From NCBI GenBank assembly GCA_022511125.1, contig JAFLSD010000009.1, positions 5,026-69,025 of the forward strand: DNA of 64,000 nucleotides. The letters are read 5' to 3'. This DNA comes from Paramuribaculum sp. (GTDB lineage Bacteria > Bacteroidota > Bacteroidia > Bacteroidales > Muribaculaceae). The position numbers and the translations under genes were made by a program. Shown here piece by piece: positions 48,596 through 57,392 of this stretch; positions within the stretch are counted from its first letter, which is position 1, and each line of letters opens with the position of its first letter. The notes under the pieces are model-generated. The model ran no database searches. It was not told where the DNA came from and saw only the letters and a list, made by a program, of their open reading frames with translations.

Positions 48596-49216
48596 TTATT
48601 CGCCTACTGCTACTTTCGCATGGCGGAGCACCTTGTCATTTATTGTGTAACCTTTTGTCGGAGTGTCTATAACTTTCCCTTTTTCAGTTTCATCTGAAAC
48701 AGGAACCATTGCAATGGCTTCATGAAGTTCAGGATCGAAAGCCTTACCTGTACTTTCAATCGGTTTTACACCGTTTTGTTCCATATATTTCACTAATTTA
48801 TTATAAATTAGCGTCATGCCTTCCCTCAACACTTCCGGGTCATCTGTTTTTTTATTCGCCTCGATACCTCGTTCGAAATCGTCTACGATCGGAAGAAGGC
48901 CTTTCATAGCGTTCTCGGAAGCATTTTTTATGATTTCGCTTTTTTCTTTGAGAGTGCGTTTCCGAAAATTATCGAATTCTGCCATAAGGAATAAATATTC
49001 CTTTTTCTCTTTTTCAACTTTTAATTTCTCTTCCGCTAACTCTTTGGCCAACTTTTCGATCTCGCTCATTTCTTCCTGAGCGTCGTTTTCAGCTGCTTGG
49101 GTTTCGTCAAGTGCCTCCGCTTCATCCTCAGCTTGAGGCACATTGTCCATTATCACGGGAGCGTCTGCCTCTTCAGCGAAAAAGCCGTCCTTTCTATTTT
49201 TATCTTTCTTACTCAT
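48596..49216 (-). CDS. grpE: Nucleotide exchange factor GrpE
   Basis: AEFDNFRKRT, LLPIVDDFER, FDPELHEAI, KGY...DKVLRHAKV.VG. Confidence 0.96.
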   Translation of the reverse strand: MSKKDKNRKDGFFAEEADAPVIMDNVPQAEDEAEALDETQAAENDAQEEMSEIEKLAKELAEEKLKVEKEKKEYLFLMAEFDNFRKRTLKEKSEIIKNASENAMKGLLPIVDDFERGIEANKKTDDPEVLREGMTLIYNKLVKYMEQNGVKPIESTGKAFDPELHEAIAMVPVSDETEKGKVIDTPTKGYTINDKVLRHAKVAVGE

Positions 49217-49245
49217 GGTCTATATTTTTTCTGATTGTTAAACAT

Positions 49246-49260
49246 TCAAAAATCTTGCCA
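49246..49260 (-). promoter_or_regulatory. Candidate sigma54-like -24/-12 element upstream of grpE-dnaJ
   Basis: Minus strand reads TGGCAAGATTTTTGA (TGGCA, GG-N10-G spacing), about 30 nt before the grpE ATG. No TAnnTTTG box was seen in this spacer. Confidence 0.45.
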
Positions 49261-49319
49261 AAATCTCCAATTTTGTCATTTCTCTTTATATTTAACAATC
49301 ACTCGGGCGTAACGTTCAT

Positions 49320-50144
49320 TTAAGATAGTGTTCCAGTGTAAATTTCGCAATCATGAAAAATTTCTTTGAGATCTACTGACAATTTGTCACTATCAAATAT
49401 GCCATAAACTGCCGACCCCGAACCGCTGAGAGAACTATAAATTGATCCCGCCGCTTTCAATTGATTTATTATCCTCAAGATTTCAGGATATTTTTGGTTC
49501 AAAGTATTCTCAAAGTCGTTTTTTATTAAATTCTGCCAATCAGCAATATCTTCTGTCAGCAGCTCTTTAAGTACTCTTGGTGACTTTTGAGGTCGACATC
49601 CCGAATATGCCTCTTTCGTGGAAATACTGAATGGAGGCTTGATTATCACAATCCTCTTCCCTGACAGATTAAGATCTGACTCTTTCAGATCTGTGCCGAC
49701 TCCAGTTGCGATCATAGGGCGATTATATATGAAAAACGGACAGTCTGCCCCTATTTCCTCCGCTATTGAAGCAAGTTTTGCAGGAGTGAAATTCAAGCTG
49801 AACATTTCATTAAGCATTCTCAGAGTGAAGGCCGCATCTGAAGAACCCCCGCCCAATCCTGCGCCGTCAGGTATTACTTTATGCAAGAAAATTTCGCAAG
49901 GAGGGAGTTCAACATATTTGTTAAGAACGCGGTAAGCTTTCATTACTAGATTCTTCTCCGGATCACAATCTACTTTTCGTCCGCTGACTGTAAGAGTCGT
50001 TTTTGTGCCGTCCGAAGGTACTATTTCAAGAATATCTTTCCACCCGACGGGATAGAACAGCGTTTCTATATCATGATAACCGTCAACGCGCTTTGCTGTA
50101 ATATTTAATCCGATATTTATTTTAGCATTTGGAAATGTTACCAT
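49320..50144 (-). CDS. ispE: 4-diphosphocytidyl-2-C-methyl-D-erythritol kinase
   Basis: FPNAKINIGL, DGYHDIET.FYP, K.IPDGAGLGGGSSDAA, GADCPFF, LSGSGSAVYG. Confidence 0.96.
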   Translation of the reverse strand: MVTFPNAKINIGLNITAKRVDGYHDIETLFYPVGWKDILEIVPSDGTKTTLTVSGRKVDCDPEKNLVMKAYRVLNKYVELPPCEIFLHKVIPDGAGLGGGSSDAAFTLRMLNEMFSLNFTPAKLASIAEEIGADCPFFIYNRPMIATGVGTDLKESDLNLSGKRIVIIKPPFSISTKEAYSGCRPQKSPRVLKELLTEDIADWQNLIKNDFENTLNQKYPEILRIINQLKAAGSIYSSLSGSGSAVYGIFDSDKLSVDLKEIFHDCEIYTGTLS

Positions 50145-50273
50145 TATATCTAAATCGGTTTAATGTTATCTGTCACTATGTTGATAAAGTGTATATAAAA
50201 TTCACGGCTAAATTACATATTAATTTTGTACTTTTGTAAATCCGACGGACAAAACCGGACAATAAATCTGACG

Positions 50274-51827
50274 ATGGACAAAAAAAAGAAGAAAATAAAT
50301 ACACGCCCTAATTCTTCCGATTTTATGGAACTTGGAGGAAGAATTCCACCACGCGATAAAGATCTGGAAGAAGCAGTTCTCGGAGCATTGATGCTCGAAA
50401 AAGATGCTTATACTGCTGTTTGTGATCTCCTGAAACCGGACTCGTTTTACGAACCTCAGCATAGATTGGTTTATGAAGCTGTACAAGCACTTGGAGCGGC
50501 ACAACGTCCTATCGATATGCTGACTGTCACAGAACAGCTCCGACTAAATGGAACTCTTGATGAAGTGGGAGGACCTGTTTTCATTTCCGAACTTACATCC
50601 CGCGTCTTGTCGGGTGCTAATGTCGAATACCATGCAAGAATCGTTGCACAGAAATATCTTGCCAGAGAACTAATCTCTTTTGCCGCGGAAATTGAAAAAA
50701 ACGCATTCGATGAATCTAACGATATCGACGATTTGCTTCAGGAGGCGGAAGGAAGCCTATTTGAAATTTCTCAACGAAATGTAAAAAAAGATGTTACCCA
50801 GATTGATCCCGTCATCAGTCAGGCTATCCAGCAAATTCAAGCTTCGGCCAATCGCGCTTCCGGGTTGTCAGGTCTTGAATCCGGATTTCATGAGCTTGAT
50901 CAGCTAACATCTGGATGGCAGAATTCCGACCTCATCATCATTGCTGCACGTCCTGCTATGGGTAAAACGGCTTTCGTATTGTCGATGGCGAAGAATATGG
51001 CTGTAAATTACAACACTCCGATAGCAATATTCTCGCTTGAAATGTCCAATTTACAATTAGTTAATCGTTTGATAAGCAATGTTTGCGAATTGGGAGGAGA
51101 AAAAATCAAAAGTGGCCAGCTTTCACCCATGGAATGGGACAAACTGATGGTCAGGATCAAAACACTTCAGAACTCCCCTCTCTATATCGACGACACACCC
51201 TCTCTTTCTATTTTCGAATTGAGAACGAAAGCACGGCGTCTTGTAAGAGAGCACAATATCAAAATGATTATCATCGATTATCTCCAGCTGATGAATGCGT
51301 CGGGAATGAGATTTGGCTCGCGCGAACAGGAAGTCTCGATGATCTCTCGCTCTTTAAAACAACTTGCTAAGGAGCTTGATATCCCTATAGTAGCCCTTTC
51401 ACAGCTCAACAGAAGTGTTGAATCCCGCGGTTCAGATGGAGGAAGAGATGGAAAACGTCCACAGTTGTCCGACCTTCGTGAATCTGGTGCAATCGAGCAG
51501 GATGCTGATATCGTCTGCTTCATTCACCGCCCCGAATATTACCTTCGATCCGATACAGATGGAGAAGGTCGCGATATCAGGGGATTAGCTGAGTTTATTG
51601 TAGCCAAACATCGTTCGGGAAGAGTGGACGATGTAAACATGAGATTTCGCAAAGAGTTTGCTCGATTTGAAAATTGGGAAGAATCACCCTCGCTCGCAAT
51701 CAGTACGGTTGCATCAAAACTAAACGAAGGTTTCGAAGGAATTGCTGATTCTGCCTATAGTTCCACCACTTTTTCTGGAGGAACTTCCGACTTTCTTTCC
51801 GCTCCCGACGAACCTATACCATTCTAA
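50274..51827 (+). CDS. dnaB: Replicative DNA helicase
   Basis: AARPAMGKTAF, FSLEMS, IIDYLQLM, ALSQLNR, LSDLRESGAIEQDAD, AKHRSG. -7 boxes at 50221 and 50229. Confidence 0.97.
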   Translation: MDKKKKKINTRPNSSDFMELGGRIPPRDKDLEEAVLGALMLEKDAYTAVCDLLKPDSFYEPQHRLVYEAVQALGAAQRPIDMLTVTEQLRLNGTLDEVGGPVFISELTSRVLSGANVEYHARIVAQKYLARELISFAAEIEKNAFDESNDIDDLLQEAEGSLFEISQRNVKKDVTQIDPVISQAIQQIQASANRASGLSGLESGFHELDQLTSGWQNSDLIIIAARPAMGKTAFVLSMAKNMAVNYNTPIAIFSLEMSNLQLVNRLISNVCELGGEKIKSGQLSPMEWDKLMVRIKTLQNSPLYIDDTPSLSIFELRTKARRLVREHNIKMIIIDYLQLMNASGMRFGSREQEVSMISRSLKQLAKELDIPIVALSQLNRSVESRGSDGGRDGKRPQLSDLRESGAIEQDADIVCFIHRPEYYLRSDTDGEGRDIRGLAEFIVAKHRSGRVDDVNMRFRKEFARFENWEESPSLAISTVASKLNEGFEGIADSAYSSTTFSGGTSDFLSAPDEPIPF

Positions 51828-51950
51828 ACTGTCGATTCATAACCGTTTATATTCATACATAATTGTATTAATATAAAAATCTGCTTTAAATATACATCTC
51901 TCCCGTAGGAAAGAGCACGATTAAGTTGTATATTTTTTCCAAAAATGCAT

Positions 51951-51958
51951 TAACTTTG
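51951..51958 (+). promoter_or_regulatory. -7 promoter box (TAACTTTG) for the 3'-5' exonuclease
   Basis: Consensus match followed by CA. Confidence 0.6.
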
Positions 51959-51996
51959 CATCAGAATAACTTTTAATATGCCTTAAAACCGCCAAA

Positions 51997-52626
51997 GTGA
52001 GAATATCCATTACAAAAGAACAAGTGGCAAAATTGCCGCGAGTAGAATACCCGGGTAAATATTTTGTAATTGAGAACGCAACCGATGAAGACAAAGCACT
52101 GTCAGAACTAAGAGGCTGCAAATTAGTAGGATTCGACACAGAAACCAAACCCTCGTTTAAAAAAGGTCAACCAAACAACGTCTCACTTATACAGATTGCG
52201 TCTGGAGATATTTGTTACCTATTCAGAATCAATAAAATAGGCCTCTCTGATAAATTAAAGAAATTTATTGAGGATTCTCAAATACAAAAAATAGGGTTGT
52301 CGCTCAAAGATGACTTTTTCGTTTTAAATCGAAGTGTTAAATTTACGCCGGCTGGATTTATCGATCTTCAATCTTTCGTCAAAGAATACAACATCGAGGA
52401 TGCGAGTCTCCAAAAAATATATGCCATTCTTTTCGGCAAGAAGATATCGAAAAATCAAAGACTTAGCAATTGGGAAGCTGAAGCACTGACGGAAAGGCAG
52501 AAAATATATGCTTCGATAGACGCGTGGGCTTGCTTGGAGATATATAACTTTCTGATTTCAGGTAATTTTCTCCCCTCTCAATCGCCTTACATCATCGAGG
52601 AGAGCTCGCAGGAACAGGAGTCTTGA
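51997..52626 (+). CDS. DEDDy 3'-5' exonuclease (RNase D/WRN-exo-like)
   Basis: VGFDTETKPSF, LIQIA, FIDLQ, SLQKIYAILF, LSNWE...L...Q..YASIDAW. Confidence 0.9.
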   Translation: MRISITKEQVAKLPRVEYPGKYFVIENATDEDKALSELRGCKLVGFDTETKPSFKKGQPNNVSLIQIASGDICYLFRINKIGLSDKLKKFIEDSQIQKIGLSLKDDFFVLNRSVKFTPAGFIDLQSFVKEYNIEDASLQKIYAILFGKKISKNQRLSNWEAEALTERQKIYASIDAWACLEIYNFLISGNFLPSQSPYIIEESSQEQES

Positions 52627-54058
52627 TTTTCCATCCCAGCCACGCTACCGTCAACGACATAAGAGGACTAAGGATATTGAACACACAATAAGGAAGATAC
52701 ATAAGTGTAGCTACGCCCAGAACAGTTGACTGGGCAACACCGCATGAATTCCATGGAATCAACACTGACGTAACGGAAATAGAATCTTCAAGCGACCTGC
52801 TTAATACCAACGGCCGCATATTCATTTTACGATAAGTGTTCTTGAAAATATTACCTCCAATAATTAGCGAAAGATATTGATCGCCCGTACAACTGTTCAG
52901 AAAAATGCCACTCACAACCGTTGTCCCCACTACCGACTTATGATCATGAAGACGATATATTATCGCATCGGTTATCGTTCCGAGCATTCCCGTACCAATC
53001 ATTACACCTCCGAAAACCATTGCACTTAGTACTAAATAAATAGTGGGTAACATGCCCTCAATACCCCCGGTTGAAATCAAACCGTCGAGCAATTCATTTC
53101 CGGTCGGAATAGATGTATTCAGACAAAGAGTATGTAAACAGAATTGTATTTTCTCCCATAATGTATCATCTATCACAAAACGATTGACTATCTGAGGTTG
53201 AAAAATAAACATCCCAATAAGTCCCACTAATGAGCCAATACCGAGAACGATATCTGTTCGTAACCTGAAAGAGATGAGAATAAGAGTCACCAAAGGAATC
53301 GTTAAGACCCAAGGACTAATATTGAAACATCGTTCCAATGTTCCCTCCATATTCATCATCTGGTTTTCTCCTCCGTTAGATATCACAAAACCTGCTACGG
53401 CAAAAACAATTAAGGATATCACCATTGAAGGGATTGTGGTAAACATCATGAACCGTATATGTGAGAACAGATCAACCCCTGTCGTCGAAGCCGCCAAAAC
53501 AGTTGTATCACTCAAGGGTGACACTTTATCTCCAAAATAAGCGCCGGAAATAATAGCCCCTGCTATCCAACCCGTCGGGAAACCAAACATCTCACCAATT
53601 CCCATAAAAGCAACACCGATAGTAGCTATTGTTGTCCAAGAAGATCCTGTCACGACGGAGACGACAGAACACACAAGACAAGTGAGAAACAAAAATAGAT
53701 CAGGATTTAGAATCCTAATACCATAACAAATCAATGTAGGCACAACGCCTGACATCATCCATGTAGCACTCAAGGTACCGATAAACGCAAGTATAGGGAT
53801 TGTGGGGAGAATCTGTCTGGAACTCTTCTTTATCCCTAACCAAACATGTTTTAAACGCCGACTTGTGGTTATTTTTCCAAGTATTATGCTTATTATTGAT
53901 GCACCCAGCAGAAGAATATAACCATAATCAATTACTGAAGAAGCTCCCTTGTTCAGAATTATCATTACTATTGAACACAAGAGCACAACAACGGGAATAC
54001 AGGAAATCAATAAACCTGGCTTATTCTCCCTCTTATTATCAAACTTCAAATTCAACAT
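52592..54058 (-). CDS. nhaC: NhaC-family Na+/H+ antiporter
   Basis: TGSSWTTIATIG, GAIISGAYFGDKVSPLSDTT, SRSLED, LIPWNSCG. -7 box at 54077-54084. Confidence 0.9.
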   Translation of the reverse strand: MLNLKFDNKRENKPGLLISCIPVVVLLCSIVMIILNKGASSVIDYGYILLLGASIISIILGKITTSRRLKHVWLGIKKSSRQILPTIPILAFIGTLSATWMMSGVVPTLICYGIRILNPDLFLFLTCLVCSVVSVVTGSSWTTIATIGVAFMGIGEMFGFPTGWIAGAIISGAYFGDKVSPLSDTTVLAASTTGVDLFSHIRFMMFTTIPSMVISLIVFAVAGFVISNGGENQMMNMEGTLERCFNISPWVLTIPLVTLILISFRLRTDIVLGIGSLVGLIGMFIFQPQIVNRFVIDDTLWEKIQFCLHTLCLNTSIPTGNELLDGLISTGGIEGMLPTIYLVLSAMVFGGVMIGTGMLGTITDAIIYRLHDHKSVVGTTVVSGIFLNSCTGDQYLSLIIGGNIFKNTYRKMNMRPLVLSRSLEDSISVTSVLIPWNSCGVAQSTVLGVATLMYLPYCVFNILSPLMSLTVAWLGWKIKTPVPASSPR

Positions 54059-54088
54059 TCAGAATAATTATTCATGCAAAATTACAAA

Positions 54089-54850
54089 TTATTCTTGTAA
54101 TTTTCTATATTCTACCGTCATATCTAATCTTAATTCTGTTTCTATTTCTGTTACTATCGTCTTGATATATTCATCTATCAAAAGATCCTTCACATCTGAA
54201 TAAGATTCAGGAGATAAAAGCAAATAGCCATCCAACTGTTTTGAAAAACGCCATTTAGAATCAGGATACAATGTCGTATTACCGAAAACTGCAGAATCGA
54301 CATAAGGATTTCTTCCTTGTTCTGTGAGCACGGCTACAACTGCTACAGTAGTGCCGAATTGTTTTCTTAAGAATATTTTTATTGAATCCGTAGAAACAAT
54401 GTCCTTAAGCTTTAATTCTTCTACAGCTTTATTAACTACAGAATCATTTTCGCCAATAATTATTCTACCTTTAAAACGTGGTGCTTCCCATTTAAATTTA
54501 TCTTTGTTTGATAAAAAATACTCTTCTATTTCATGCTCATTCACGCGCCCGTTTATTTCTCTATTCGTCCATTCCCCCACCAATATGTCATTCGCGATTT
54601 CGGGAGCAAATCTATTAAGACCCAAAAGTGTATCCAATCCCGATTCCTTCGCTGCGAGAAGTTTCATGCCATACATAATAAAACGGTCAACATTGACAGA
54701 GTCCTCATAGTCGGAGTCTGGAAATAGCCTCTTGAAATCTTCTTCTGTCAATCTTAATTCTTGATTGGATCCTTTAACAATAATATCTGCCACTGAAGCA
54801 CATAAAATCAGTGGCAGAATAATTAATAAGATAAGGATGATATGTCTCAT
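54089..54850 (-). CDS. Exported protein related to Bacteroidales SurA/PpiD-like foldases but lacking parvulin domains
   Basis: Signal peptide, RFIMYGMKL.AAKESGLDT, YF..NK.KFKWEAPRFKG, SYSDVK..LI.EY. Lies downstream of guaB. Confidence 0.6.
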   Translation of the reverse strand: MRHIILILLIILPLILCASVADIIVKGSNQELRLTEEDFKRLFPDSDYEDSVNVDRFIMYGMKLLAAKESGLDTLLGLNRFAPEIANDILVGEWTNREINGRVNEHEIEEYFLSNKDKFKWEAPRFKGRIIIGENDSVVNKAVEELKLKDIVSTDSIKIFLRKQFGTTVAVVAVLTEQGRNPYVDSAVFGNTTLYPDSKWRFSKQLDGYLLLSPESYSDVKDLLIDEYIKTIVTEIETELRLDMTVEYRKLQE

Positions 54851-54855
54851 CCGGT

Positions 54856-56427
<1,572 letters not shown>

Positions 56428-56445
56428 TTAATAAAGATTTTTTAG

Positions 56446-56453
56446 TATCTTTG
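56446..56453 (+). promoter_or_regulatory. -7 promoter box (TATCTTTG) for rpoD
   Basis: Consensus match 25 nt before the ATG at 56479. Confidence 0.65.
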
Positions 56454-56478
56454 CACGCTTAATCGTCAAAATATCAGA

Positions 56479-57339
56479 ATGAGACAATTAAAAATCACAA
56501 AATCAATCACTAACCGAGAAAGTCAGTCACTTGACAAATATCTCCAAGAAATCGGTCGTGAAGAATTAATTTCAGTCGAGGAAGAAGTTGAACTCGCACA
56601 AAGAATCAGACAAGGGGATCAAAAAGCCTTGGAAAAACTCACAAAAGCGAACCTGAGGTTTGTGGTTTCAGTAGCCAAGCAATATCAAAATCAAGGTCTT
56701 TCATTGCCAGATTTAATTAACGAAGGCAACTTGGGTTTGATTAAGGCTGCCCAGAAATTCGATGAAACCCGCGGCTTTAAATTTATTTCTTATGCAGTTT
56801 GGTGGATTCGTCAATCTATTCTTCAGGCACTTGCAGAACAGAGTAGAATCGTCAGATTGCCTCTTAATCAGGTTGGATCCCTTAATAAAATCAGTAAGGC
56901 TCTTTCAAAATTCGAACAAGAGAACGAACGTCGACCCTCTGCAGAGGAATTAGCAGAAAAGCTTGAAGTGCCCGTCGAAAAAATTGCTGACACGCTCAAA
57001 GTTTCCGGACGCCATATTTCCATGGATGCTCCCTTTGTTGAAGGAGAAGACAATTCACTTCTCGATGTATTAACAAACGACGATTCTCCCATGGCTGATT
57101 CTACTCTCAATCAGGAATCTCTGTCGAAAGAGGTGGATCGCGCTTTAAAGCAGCTACATGAAAGAGAACGCGAAATACTTAAAATGTTCTTTGGTATCGG
57201 TTGCCAGGAAATGACACTTGAGGAAATCGGCGCCAAGTTCGATCTGACCAGAGAACGCGTCCGCCAGATCAAAGAAAAAGCGATCCGACGTCTTAAAGGT
57301 CAAAAGAGCAAATTGCTCAGAACTTACTTAGGTCAGTAA
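56479..57339 (+). CDS. rpoD: Primary RNA polymerase sigma factor (Bacteroidota SigA, no region 1.1)
   Basis: [72 protein letters not shown]. Confidence 0.96.
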   Translation: MRQLKITKSITNRESQSLDKYLQEIGREELISVEEEVELAQRIRQGDQKALEKLTKANLRFVVSVAKQYQNQGLSLPDLINEGNLGLIKAAQKFDETRGFKFISYAVWWIRQSILQALAEQSRIVRLPLNQVGSLNKISKALSKFEQENERRPSAEELAEKLEVPVEKIADTLKVSGRHISMDAPFVEGEDNSLLDVLTNDDSPMADSTLNQESLSKEVDRALKQLHEREREILKMFFGIGCQEMTLEEIGAKFDLTRERVRQIKEKAIRRLKGQKSKLLRTYLGQ

Positions 57340-57362
57340 GTTTAAATAGTTAATCATATAAT

Positions 57363-57391
57363 AAAAACCTCGCTGTTTCGCGAGGTTTTTT
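57363..57391. terminator. Bidirectional intrinsic terminator between rpoD and the T9SS cargo gene
   Basis: aaaaacctcgc-tgtttc-gcgaggtttttt: GC stem with A-tract before and T-tract after. Confidence 0.9.
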
Positions 57392-57392
57392 A

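Noticed and set aside
50280-50287. A8 tract at the start of dnaB as a phase-variation site
   Set aside because: It encodes a Lys run in an essential gene, and such tracts are common at this AT content.
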